A stretch of DNA of 64,000 nt. Origin: Rhabdothermincola salaria (GTDB taxonomy: Bacteria; Actinomycetota; Acidimicrobiia; Acidimicrobiales; Acidimicrobilacustridaceae). The position numbers and the translations under genes are program-made. Under the pieces are notes generated by a model, which saw only the letters and a program-made list of their open reading frames with translations, searched no databases and was not told the DNA's origin. Positions within the stretch are counted from its first letter, which is position 1, and every line of letters begins with the position of its first letter. Positions 21,184-29,713 of this stretch are shown here, piece by piece. Location: NCBI RefSeq assembly GCF_021246445.1, contig NZ_JAJQXW010000001.1:922068-986067 (forward strand), in the 5' to 3' direction.

Positions 21184-22791
21184 GTGAGCCTCTACGTCGC
21201 CGAGGAGTTCACCGCGGAGGAGGCGGACGTCCTCCGGCGGTACTTCACCAACCTGTACGACCCCGTGTTCGCCCTCGTGAACCTGCCCGAGGTCGTCAAG
21301 GGAGCGCTGTTCGCCCGCTACTCGCGCTCACCGAAGAGCCTGCGACGTCTGTTCCTCGACGAGTTCGTGGGCGAGCTGGACATCACCGGAGACGCCTCGA
21401 TCGACGCCACCGTGGGCCTCCGGCGGGCCGAGGAGCTCTACGACCGCGTCTTCTTCGAGTACGGCGACGACTCCGTCGCCCAGCTCGGTGGCGTGCACCT
21501 GGCCTGCGAGCAGGCCTCGAACCTGTTGACCAAGGTGCTCGAGTGGGGACGCCTCATGTCCTACCTCGAGCAGTCCACCCGCTACATCGCCTACGACAGC
21601 CGCATCGGGGGCCGCTACCGCTACCACCGGCCGGCCGGCGTGATGCAGTCCCGGCAGGCCACTCGCTACATCGGCGACATGGACCGGATGTTCGACACCT
21701 ATGCCGAGCTGTTGCCGGTGGTGGTCGACCACCTGCGCGACACCGTGCCCAAGGACCCGGCCGACAGCGACTTCGTCTACCGCCAGGCGATCCGGGCCAA
21801 GGCGTTCGACTCCCTCCGAGGCCTGCTGCCCGCCTCCTCGCTGTCCAACGTCGGCATCTACGGCACCGGTCAGGGCTACGAGCAGCTGCTGTTGCGCATG
21901 CGGTCCCATCCGCTGCCCGAGGCCCGCCACTACGCCGACCTCATGCTCACCGAGCTGCGCAAGGTCATCCCGTCGTTCCTCAAGCGGGTCGACCTCGACG
22001 ACCGGGGGGTGGCGTGGAGCCGATACCTGGAGTCCAGCCGGGAGCAGATGGAGGACCTCGCCGATCGATTGTTCCCCGCCGGCACCGACCTGGAGCCGGC
22101 TCCGGTCGTCACCCTCGTCGACTTCGACCCCGACGCCGAGGTCAAGCTCGTCGCCAGTGCCCTCTATCCGTTCGTCTCGCTGCCCGAGAGCCAGATAGAG
22201 GCCCGGGTGCGGGCCATGGGGGCCGACGAGCGCCTGGCCGTCCTGAGGGCCTACGAGGGCGACCGGGCCAACCGGCGCCACAAGCCGGGCCGAGCGCTCG
22301 AGCGTCCGACGTACCGTTTCGACGTCCTGGCCGACTACGGGGCGTTCCGCGACCTGCAGCGCCATCGGATGCTCACCATCGAGTGGCAGGCCCTGACCCC
22401 CCGTCACGGCTACACGCGACCCGAGGCCGTCGACACCGCCGGGGTGGGGGCGCGCTTCGACGACGCCATGGACCGCTCCGCCGCCCTCTACGACGCCCTG
22501 GTCCCCGACGTCCCGTCCGAGGCCTCCTACGCCGTCGCCCTGGCCTACAAGGTCCGGTTCGTCATGCAGATGAACGCTCGCGAGGCGATGCACCTCATCG
22601 AGCTGCGCACCACCCCCCAGGGGCACCCCGCCTACCGCCTGGTGGGCCAGGAGATGCACCGCCTGATCGAAGAACAGGCCGGTCACAGCGCCGTCGCCGA
22701 GATGATGCGCTTCGTCGACCACTCCGCCGAAGCCGAGCTCGAACGGCTGCACGCCGAGCGCCGAGCCGAGGCTCGCCGAGAAACCTCCTGA
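21184..22791 (+). CDS. thyX: Tandem (double-domain) FAD-dependent thymidylate synthase
   Basis: ALFARYSRS, YGDDSVA, EQSTRY, second repeat with RDLQRHR and HLIELR; 535 aa, about twice a normal ThyX. Confidence 0.85.
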   Translation: MSLYVAEEFTAEEADVLRRYFTNLYDPVFALVNLPEVVKGALFARYSRSPKSLRRLFLDEFVGELDITGDASIDATVGLRRAEELYDRVFFEYGDDSVAQLGGVHLACEQASNLLTKVLEWGRLMSYLEQSTRYIAYDSRIGGRYRYHRPAGVMQSRQATRYIGDMDRMFDTYAELLPVVVDHLRDTVPKDPADSDFVYRQAIRAKAFDSLRGLLPASSLSNVGIYGTGQGYEQLLLRMRSHPLPEARHYADLMLTELRKVIPSFLKRVDLDDRGVAWSRYLESSREQMEDLADRLFPAGTDLEPAPVVTLVDFDPDAEVKLVASALYPFVSLPESQIEARVRAMGADERLAVLRAYEGDRANRRHKPGRALERPTYRFDVLADYGAFRDLQRHRMLTIEWQALTPRHGYTRPEAVDTAGVGARFDDAMDRSAALYDALVPDVPSEASYAVALAYKVRFVMQMNAREAMHLIELRTTPQGHPAYRLVGQEMHRLIEEQAGHSAVAEMMRFVDHSAEAELERLHAERRAEARRETS

Positions 22792-22914
22792 CCCTCGCGC
22801 GGCACCGGCGAGAACCTCGGGTAGAAACCAAGGGGCCGGATCTGCCTATCATCCGCCGCACCAACCCCCCTTCGCCGTGTGCGGGAACACCGGCGACCCG
22901 ATGCCGAGGACGAG

Positions 22915-23424
22915 ATGGCTGACGACGACGTGATCGACGACGAGGACCTGGACGACGAGGAGCTCGAGGGCGACGACCTCGAGACCGACGAGGACCTCGG
23001 CGACGACCTCGAGACCGACGAGGTCGTCGAGACCGACGACTCGGAGGGTTCCGACGACACCGACGAGAGCAAAGAGGACGACGACGCACCGGCCAAGGCG
23101 AAGGCCAAGCGCGAGGACGACGACGACGAGGACGAAGAGGTCGATCCCGACGACGTCGAAGCCGACCTCGACGAGATCTTGAAGGTGCGCATCGCGGCGG
23201 CCGAGGACGACGACGACGAGGACGAAGAGGCCGCCCCCGAACCTCGTCCGACCGGCGACGTCGCCGAAGGCGTCACGCCTCGCAAGGCCCACGAGTTCAC
23301 GTGCACCGGCTGCTTCTTGGTGGTCAACCCGAGCCAGTTCGGTCCGCCCTCCAGCATGACCTGTCCGGTCGGGGAGGCCGACTGCCCGGCGATCGAGCGA
23401 CTCCAGCGAGAGATGGTGAGCTGA
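22915..23424 (+). CDS. DUF4193-like extremely acidic protein with C-terminal Cys motif
   Basis: Long D/E tracts; VTPRKAHEFTCTGCFLVVNPSQ resembles the DUF4193 C-terminus. Confidence 0.7.
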   Translation: MADDDVIDDEDLDDEELEGDDLETDEDLGDDLETDEVVETDDSEGSDDTDESKEDDDAPAKAKAKREDDDDEDEEVDPDDVEADLDEILKVRIAAAEDDDDEDEEAAPEPRPTGDVAEGVTPRKAHEFTCTGCFLVVNPSQFGPPSSMTCPVGEADCPAIERLQREMVS

Positions 23425-23427
23425 TCC

Positions 23428-24036
23428 ATGGCCGACGAGCGCCGCGACGACGACACCCCCCGTTCCCCGGTCGATCAGGTCGTCGACTACTGCGTGCTCG
23501 CTCCTCTCGGGTTCGCGCTCGAGGCCCGCTCACTGCTGCCCACCTTCATCGAGCGGGGCCGCTCCCAGGTGGGCGTGGCCAAGATGGTCGGAGAGTTCGC
23601 GGTGAAGTGGGGGAGCACCCGGGTCGAGTCGGCGGTGGTCGACGCCCAGGAGCAGGCGATGGGCCTGCTCCGCCTCACCGGCCTGGCCCCGCTCGACGAG
23701 CGCGAGCGGGGCCACGACGACGCACGGGCGCGGTCCGAGCCCGCCGATGCCGACGATCGACCCCCCCTCGAACCGGGCTCGATCGGGACCGTCTCGGTGG
23801 CCCCCTCCGACGCTCACCCGGTCGAGGCCGGCGTGGTCGACGAGGGGGGACCGTCGATCGAGGTCGACTCGTTGGCCATCCCCGACTACGACAACCTGTC
23901 GGCGTCGCAGGTCCTGCCCCGCCTCGACGGCCTCGAACCGAGCGAGCTCGAGGCAGTGGGGCGCTACGAGCGGGACCATCGCGGGCGCAAGACGATCCTC
24001 AACCGGGTGGCTCAACTCGAACACCCCGACGGCTGA
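23428..24036 (+). CDS. Hypothetical protein with C-terminal helical IPDYDNL..YE..R.RKTIL module
   Basis: Coherent ORF in operon; C-terminal module resembles tails of actinobacterial ferritin-like or lipid-droplet-associated proteins. Confidence 0.7.
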   Translation: MADERRDDDTPRSPVDQVVDYCVLAPLGFALEARSLLPTFIERGRSQVGVAKMVGEFAVKWGSTRVESAVVDAQEQAMGLLRLTGLAPLDERERGHDDARARSEPADADDRPPLEPGSIGTVSVAPSDAHPVEAGVVDEGGPSIEVDSLAIPDYDNLSASQVLPRLDGLEPSELEAVGRYERDHRGRKTILNRVAQLEHPDG

Positions 24037-24040
24037 CACC

Positions 24041-24508
24041 GTGCACGCCGCCCGCCAGGCCACTCGTCACGACCTCGGGGTGCTGGTGGCCCTCGCCGAG
24101 GCCGCCGTCGGCGAGCTCGCCCCCCTGCGCGGCGGCGACACGTGGGCCCGCACGGTCGGGCGCCGACCGCCCCTCGAGCCGCCCCTGTCGACGGCCCTCG
24201 ACGATCCCGGCCATCTGGTCGTGTGCGGCACCCTCGACGGTTGCGTCGTGGGCTACGCCACCGCCCGGGTCGATGGCCTCGACGACGGTTCACGGTTGGC
24301 CACGCTCGACGACATCTACGTGCTGCCCGACGCCCGCCACGTCGGGGTCGGCGAGGCCATGATGGACCTCGTGGTCGAGTGGGCGGGTGCCGAGGGCGCC
24401 TTCGGCATCGACGCGCTGGCCCTGCCCGGCATGCGCGACACCAAGAACTTCTTCGAGCGCTTCGGTCTCGTGGCCCGGGCCATCGTCGTTCACCGACGCC
24501 TGTCGTGA
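24041..24508 (+). CDS. GNAT family N-acetyltransferase
   Basis: IYVLPDARHVGVGEAM (motif A), KNFFERFG. Confidence 0.85.
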   Translation: MHAARQATRHDLGVLVALAEAAVGELAPLRGGDTWARTVGRRPPLEPPLSTALDDPGHLVVCGTLDGCVVGYATARVDGLDDGSRLATLDDIYVLPDARHVGVGEAMMDLVVEWAGAEGAFGIDALALPGMRDTKNFFERFGLVARAIVVHRRLS

Positions 24509-24921
24509 CGGCCCGGCCCGAGCTCAGCGTGGCCGCCGTCGTCGTGCACGACGGCATGCTGCTGGTGGTGCGCAGGGGCCACGGCCCGGCGGCGGGGGAG
24601 TGGTCCGTGCCCGGCGGTCGGGTCGAGCACGGCGAGACGCTGGCCGAGGCCGTGGTGCGCGAGGTCGCCGAGGAGACTGGGCTCGAGTGCATCTGCGGAG
24701 AGCTGCTGGGGTGGGTCGAGGTCCTCGACGACCGGGCCGAGGGACACCACCACGTGATCCTCGACTTCGTGGCGACGGTGCTCGACCACAGGGAACCACG
24801 GGCGGGCGACGACGCCGCCGAGGCGGCGTGGGTGCCACTCGGCGACGTCGCCCAGCTCAACCTGGTCGACGGCCTCGCCGAGTTCCTCCACGACAACGGG
24901 GTCCTCGACACGATCGTGTGA
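24505..24921 (+). CDS. NUDIX hydrolase
   Basis: Nudix box PGGRVEHGETLAEAVVREVAEETGL. Confidence 0.92.
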   Translation: MTARPELSVAAVVVHDGMLLVVRRGHGPAAGEWSVPGGRVEHGETLAEAVVREVAEETGLECICGELLGWVEVLDDRAEGHHHVILDFVATVLDHREPRAGDDAAEAAWVPLGDVAQLNLVDGLAEFLHDNGVLDTIV

Positions 24922-24945
24922 CGAGGACCGTGGGCCCGACGCGCC

Positions 24946-24972
24946 CGGCCCCGGCTCGCAGAGCCGGGGCCG
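24946..24972. terminator. GC hairpin between convergent genes, probable bidirectional terminator
   Basis: CGGCCCCGGCTC-GCA-GAGCCGGGGCCG perfect 12-bp stem; no U-tract. Confidence 0.5.
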
Positions 24973-25005
24973 TCGCGGGTGGGGTCGCCGTGGTGTCGTC
25001 GACCC

Positions 25006-25767
25006 TCAGCGGCCCTTCCACTCGGGTGGGCGCTTCTCGATGAACGCCTCGAGGCCCTCCTTGGTGTCCTCGGAGCCCAGGACACGTCCGAAGGCGTCAC
25101 CCGTGGCCTTCTTGATGGTGGCCTCGTCCTCCCAGTCGGCCATCAGGACCAGGTCGCGGCTCTCCCACACCGACAGCGGGGCGTTGGCGGCGATGGTCTC
25201 GGCCATGGCCATGGCGCCCTCGAGAGCCTGACCGGGCTCGGTCACCCGGTTGACCATGCCCAGCTGGTAGGCCCGCTCGGCGGTGAGGTTCTCGGCGGTG
25301 AGGGCCACCTCGAGGGCCACGTTCTTGCCGACCAGCTTGGGGAGGCGGTAGAGGCCGCCACCGGCTGCCACCAGGTTGCGCTTCACCTCGGCGAGCCCGA
25401 AGGCGGCCTGGGTGGACGCCACGATCATGTCGCACGCCAGCGCGATCTCACATCCGCCGGCAGTGGCCAGCCCGTCGATGGCGGCGATGATCGGCTTGCG
25501 GCGCTGCCGGTCCACGATGCCGCCGAACCCTCCCTTGGCGGTGGCCAGCTCGGCGGCCTTGCCGCTGTTGATGGCCTTCAGATCGGCGCCGGCGCAGAAG
25601 ACCGGCCCGTTGGCGGCCAGGACGGCGACCCAGACGTCGGGGTCGGCCTCGAGCGTGTCGAGGTGAGCGTCCATCGCCTGGGCCACATCACCGTTGATGG
25701 CGTTGCGGGCTTCAGGGCGGTTCAGGGTGAGCAGGGCGACGTGGCCCCGCACTTCGTAGTCAACCAT
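25006..25767 (-). CDS. Enoyl-CoA hydratase/crotonase
   Basis: LNRPEARNAI, FCAGADL, GGCEIALACD, FGLAEV. Confidence 0.93.
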   Translation of the reverse strand: MVDYEVRGHVALLTLNRPEARNAINGDVAQAMDAHLDTLEADPDVWVAVLAANGPVFCAGADLKAINSGKAAELATAKGGFGGIVDRQRRKPIIAAIDGLATAGGCEIALACDMIVASTQAAFGLAEVKRNLVAAGGGLYRLPKLVGKNVALEVALTAENLTAERAYQLGMVNRVTEPGQALEGAMAMAETIAANAPLSVWESRDLVLMADWEDEATIKKATGDAFGRVLGSEDTKEGLEAFIEKRPPEWKGR

Positions 25768-25863
25768 GGGGCCGACCTTAGCCAGGGCTGAACGAGCGGG
25801 GCGTACGACGAAGACCGCATCGACCGCCTCGTCGACCAGCGAAGGTAGGATCGCCCCACACCC

Positions 25864-26049
25864 ATGACGAGCTCCGCATCCTCCCGGCGGCCCCTCGAGT
25901 GCCCCTACTGCAACGACTGCGAGGTCGAGCGCCTCTTCCTCGCCTCGTTCGGCCTCGACTCCTGCCAGTGCGGCTCGTGCGGCGCCCGTTGGGACCAGGA
26001 CGCTCGCAGCGGCCAGTACCGCGGCCGGGCCAGCCGCACGTGGATCTGA
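25864..26049 (+). CDS. Small Zn-ribbon protein (61 aa)
   Basis: CPYC..CQCGSC..W; TAGGAT upstream; 4 nt before the HAD gene. Confidence 0.6.
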   Translation: MTSSASSRRPLECPYCNDCEVERLFLASFGLDSCQCGSCGARWDQDARSGQYRGRASRTWI

Positions 26050-26053
26050 CGAC

Positions 26054-26626
26054 GTGACCGAGGTCCTCACGGGACGCGACCTGGTCGTGTTCGACCTCGA
26101 CGGGACCCTGCTCGACTCCGACGCCGCCCTGCTGGCCCCGTTCGCCGAGATGGGGGTCGATCTCAGCGACGTGCGCATGGGATCGGTGGTGGGCGCGGAG
26201 TGCGAGCGGCTGGGTGTCTCCGTCGACGAGTACGTGGCCCGCTACGACACCGAGGTGGTGCAGCCGTTCGCCGGTGTCGAGGACGTGCTGGCCTGCGTGC
26301 CGCGGTGGGCGGTGTGCTCCAACAAGCACCCGATCTCCGGGCGGGCCGAACTGGCCCGCCTCGGCTGGCAGCCCGAGGTGGCCATGTTCACCGACGCCTT
26401 CGCCGGCGCCCCCAAGGAGGTGGGCCCGGTGCTCGATCGCCTCGGAGTCGACGCCGACCGGGCCGTCTTCGTGGGCGACACCTCCCACGACCGGGCCACG
26501 GCGTCGCGGGCCGGGGTCCCGTTCGTCCTCGCCGGCTGGAACCCCCGGGCCCAACCCGGCCCCGGGGACATCGTGGCGCGGCGCCCCGAAGAGCTGCTGG
26601 TCGTGCTCGGACTCGACGCCGTCTAA
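26054..26626 (+). CDS. HAD family hydrolase (phosphoglycolate phosphatase-like)
   Basis: FDLDGTL, SNK, PK, VGDTSHD. Confidence 0.88.
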   Translation: MTEVLTGRDLVVFDLDGTLLDSDAALLAPFAEMGVDLSDVRMGSVVGAECERLGVSVDEYVARYDTEVVQPFAGVEDVLACVPRWAVCSNKHPISGRAELARLGWQPEVAMFTDAFAGAPKEVGPVLDRLGVDADRAVFVGDTSHDRATASRAGVPFVLAGWNPRAQPGPGDIVARRPEELLVVLGLDAV

Positions 26627-26650
26627 CGCAGCCGGCTCACGCCGGGTGGG

Positions 26651-28366
26651 TCACTCGCCGGTGGTCGTGTCCGGCCCGGGCTCGGGGGCGGTCTCCGCGG
26701 CAGGCTCGGCCGCGGTCTCCGCGGCAGGCTCGGCCGCGGTCTCCGCGGCAGGCTCGGCCGCGGTCTCCGCGGCAGGCTCGGCCGCGGTCTCCGCGGCAGG
26801 CTCGGCAGCGGTCTCCGCGGCAGGCTCGGAGGCAGTGGGAGGCACGGACGGCGACGAGTCGCCTTCGGCCGGCGCCGCCCCGGCGCCGAGGGTCCCTGCG
26901 GGCTGCTCGCCGGCATCGAGCGTGCCGGCCGGCTGCTCGCCGGCATCGAGGCTCGCCGGCGCCGCCGCACCGGGCTCGAGGCTGGGCGGCGCGTCCGAGG
27001 GCGCCGGGGGAGCGGTGGCACCCTCCGCCGGAGCCTGGTCGGGAGCCACGGGGCGATCCTCGACGGGAGCCTCCGGGGCGGCCCCCGCGGCCGGGGCGGG
27101 CGGAGGCGGCTTGCGAGGCCCGCCCTTGCCCTTGGCCCGGGGCCGTCCGGGACGGGCCGACTTCGGCGCCTGGGGCGGCGCCTCGACACCGAACTGGGCG
27201 GCGATCTGCGGCACCCGCGACGCCGCCTTCTTGACGGCGGCGAGGAGCTCGTCGGTGGGCTCGGCGGGGACGGCCTGGGCCGTCACCTGGGATCGCACCG
27301 GCGAGTAGGCCACCGCATCGATGACCGTGGCGAAGCGGTCGGGACCGGTCTCGGCGGTCATCGACGTCCCCGCGGCCTCCACCAGGCGGGTGGCCAGCTC
27401 GGCGGGGAAGGGGGCGCCGGCCTTGGGCGGTCGCGAGCTCAGTCGCAGCGCCCGCACGGAGCGGCCCTCGCGCAACATCTCGTCGATCTCGGCCAACCAG
27501 GCGGCGTGTTCGGCATCGACCCGCTCGGTGAGGGCGGTGCGGAGCTGCTCGGCGAGCTGACGGCTCTCCTCGTCACGGGCCCCCGCATCGGCGGCCACGA
27601 CCACGGAGCGCAGGTCGCGCAGGTCGAGCTCGGCCACCTCGGCCAGGGCCGCCTCGGCCTTGTCGCGCCACTCGGCGGCGCGCAGGGCGGGCATCAGGTC
27701 CTCGGCCATGGCCAGCAGGGGAGAAGCGCTGATCTCGGGCTTGCCCTCGGCGATGTTGGTCTCGTTCTGCTTCTCGACGGCCTGGCGCACGGCCGGGATG
27801 CCACCCCGGAGCACCTGCTCGGCGACGGGCCGCTGCTCCTCGGGAAGGGCGGCCAACGCCTCGTTGCGATGCACCCGGCCGGCCCGGAGCCGCTTGGGCT
27901 TGGGCTTGGGCTCGGGAGCCGGACGCTCGGGGCGGGGACGATCGCTGCGTCCGCCGCGCTCACGCCGTTCGCCGCTGCGGTCGCCGCGGTCCCCTCGACT
28001 GCGCTCGCCCTCGGGGCGGTCGCGCCGACCGCGACCCTCGCGTCGATCACCGTCGCGGCCTCGCCGCTCGCCGCGCCCCTTGGGGGCGAGGGTGGTGGTG
28101 ACCAGCTGCTCGTCGCGCCGGGGCGGGCCGAGGATCTCGAGGCGCTCGGGCTCCTTGCGGGCCCCCTTGGGCGGGAGCACGGCCGTGATCACGATGCCGT
28201 CGATCAAGAAGTCGGCATCGGCGCGCACGACGTCGCCGACCTTGGCGCCGTCGTAGAGCAGGGTGCCGTCGAGATCCCCCTTGGGCTGCTTGGCCCCGGC
28301 GGCACGCCAGGTCCAGGTGCCGTCGTCACGGGTGCTGGTGAGCTCGACTTCGATCCTGCGAGACAT
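26651..28366 (-). CDS. Hypothetical 571-aa protein with Arg-rich linker and repetitive acidic tail
   Basis: Long ORF with normal codon use; beta-rich N-terminus, R/G/D/E-rich linker, helical core, EPAAETAA repeats. Confidence 0.8.
   Translation of the reverse strand: MSRRIEVELTSTRDDGTWTWRAAGAKQPKGDLDGTLLYDGAKVGDVVRADADFLIDGIVITAVLPPKGARKEPERLEILGPPRRDEQLVTTTLAPKGRGERRGRDGDRREGRGRRDRPEGERSRGDRGDRSGERRERGGRSDRPRPERPAPEPKPKPKRLRAGRVHRNEALAALPEEQRPVAEQVLRGGIPAVRQAVEKQNETNIAEGKPEISASPLLAMAEDLMPALRAAEWRDKAEAALAEVAELDLRDLRSVVVAADAGARDEESRQLAEQLRTALTERVDAEHAAWLAEIDEMLREGRSVRALRLSSRPPKAGAPFPAELATRLVEAAGTSMTAETGPDRFATVIDAVAYSPVRSQVTAQAVPAEPTDELLAAVKKAASRVPQIAAQFGVEAPPQAPKSARPGRPRAKGKGGPRKPPPPAPAAGAAPEAPVEDRPVAPDQAPAEGATAPPAPSDAPPSLEPGAAAPASLDAGEQPAGTLDAGEQPAGTLGAGAAPAEGDSSPSVPPTASEPAAETAAEPAAETAAEPAAETAAEPAAETAAEPAAETAAEPAAETAPEPGPDTTTGE
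26688..26829. repeat. 24-bp coding tandem repeat, about 6 copies
   Basis: GCGGTCTCCGCGGCAGGCTCGGCC units encoding EPAAETAA on the minus strand. Confidence 0.95.
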
Positions 28367-28451
28367 AGGTCTGACACGCTACCGCAGCCGACCGCAGCGC
28401 TCGACCGCTCGCCCCGGTGACCCGAGCCCCGCACCCTATGCTCGTCGGGCG

Positions 28452-29159
28452 ATGAGCACCCCCGACGGCGAGACGCCCGAGTTCGACCAGCGACCCTTCA
28501 GCGCGCCGGCCGGCGCCACCGAGGTGCTGCTGGTGCGCCATGGCCAGTCGGCACCGTTCCGCCCCGGTGCGCCGTTCGCCCTGGTCGACGGACAGGGAGA
28601 CCCGCCGCTGTCGGACTTCGGCCGGTGGCAGGCCGATCGGATCGCCGAGCGCCTCGCCGGCGAGTCCGTCGACGCCGTGTACGTCACCACCCTGCGGCGC
28701 ACGGTGGAGACCATCGCCCCGCTGGTCGATCGCGTCGGCGTCGAGGCCCGGGTCGAGCCCGATCTGCGCGAGGTCCACCTCGGGGAGTGGGAGGGAGGCC
28801 TGTTCCGCCAGAAGGTGGCCGAAGGCCACCCGGCCCTGGCCCGGATGGACCGTGACCAGGACTGGGGGGCCATCCCGGGGGCCGAGCCGGTGGCCGCGCT
28901 GCGGGCCCGGGTACGGGGCGCCATCGAGCGGATCCACGCAGCCCACCCCGACCAGCGGGTGGTGGCCGTGAGCCATGGCGGGGCCATCGGCGCGGTGCTG
29001 GCGGAGGCCAGCGGGTCGCGGTCGCTGGCCTTCTCGGGCGCCGACAACGCGTCGATCAGCCACCTGGTCATCCTCGGCGACCGCTGGATCGTGCGGCGCT
29101 TCAACGACACCGGCCATCTGGCCGGAGAGCTCTCGACCCGTCCCGACCAGCTCACCTGA
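28452..29159 (+). CDS. Histidine phosphatase family protein
   Basis: LVRHGQS, LREVHLGEWEG, VSHGG, RFNDTGHL. Confidence 0.92.
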   Translation: MSTPDGETPEFDQRPFSAPAGATEVLLVRHGQSAPFRPGAPFALVDGQGDPPLSDFGRWQADRIAERLAGESVDAVYVTTLRRTVETIAPLVDRVGVEARVEPDLREVHLGEWEGGLFRQKVAEGHPALARMDRDQDWGAIPGAEPVAALRARVRGAIERIHAAHPDQRVVAVSHGGAIGAVLAEASGSRSLAFSGADNASISHLVILGDRWIVRRFNDTGHLAGELSTRPDQLT

Positions 29160-29277
29160 CCCACCGACCCCACCCGTGGCTGTCGGGTCAGCGCGTCGGG
29201 GGGGCGTCCACACCCCGCCAGGTTGCGGATTCTCGAGGTGCACGGGGCACGATCCGGACGACGACCGATCCCTCCGG

Positions 29278-29305
29278 AGTGCCGATAATCCTCGTTATGT
29301 CTAGT
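29278..29305. other. dif: dif site (XerCD chromosome dimer resolution)
   Basis: AGTGCCGATAA-TCCTCG-TTATGTCTAGT, 11-6-11 layout matching E. coli GGTGCGCATAA-N6-TTATGTTAAAT and actinobacterial GCCGATAA..TTATGTCAAGT; AT-rich, intergenic, at the gene-orientation switch. Confidence 0.85.
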
Positions 29306-29618
29306 TATCCCGGTCAGTGCCCGGGTGGCGCCGCCGCCGACCTGACCGGCGCCGACATCGGCTCACCACCCCACCACGAACGGGTCATCACGCTGCGCCC
29401 CTCACGCCGCGAGCGCACTGGCTCCTGACGCCGTGCCTCGGCCGGATGCGAGACCAGGCCGAGACATCCGTCGCCGAGGGGCCCCGCCCCGCCGACCACG
29501 GCTGGGGGCCGAGGCCGGTGGGTGCCCGTGGACGCCCGCGACAGCCCACCGCAGGACCGCCTCGCCGGGGCGCTCGAGCACAGACCGGCTCCTCCGCCCG
29601 AGGGCACCACAATCCGGC

Positions 29619-29640
29619 CATAACGTCACCTGACGCAATG
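29619..29640. promoter_or_regulatory. 22-bp palindromic site, copy 1
   Basis: CATAACGTCA-CC-TGACGCAATG; the 16-bp CGTCACCTGACGCAAT is identical to 31228-31243. Confidence 0.7.
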
Positions 29641-29713
29641 ACCGCAGCTGGTGGCGCGCCCCCCGTGGTGTGGGCGCGGCACCGCTCAGCGATCCCGTCG
29701 CTAGGTTGACCCC

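Noticed and set aside
26688..26829. CRISPR-like repeat array
   Set aside because: Repeats are contiguous without spacers, in frame within a CDS, and there are no cas genes.
29281..29288. Sigma-28 -10 element GCCGATAA
   Set aside because: No matching -35 element; better explained as the left arm of dif.
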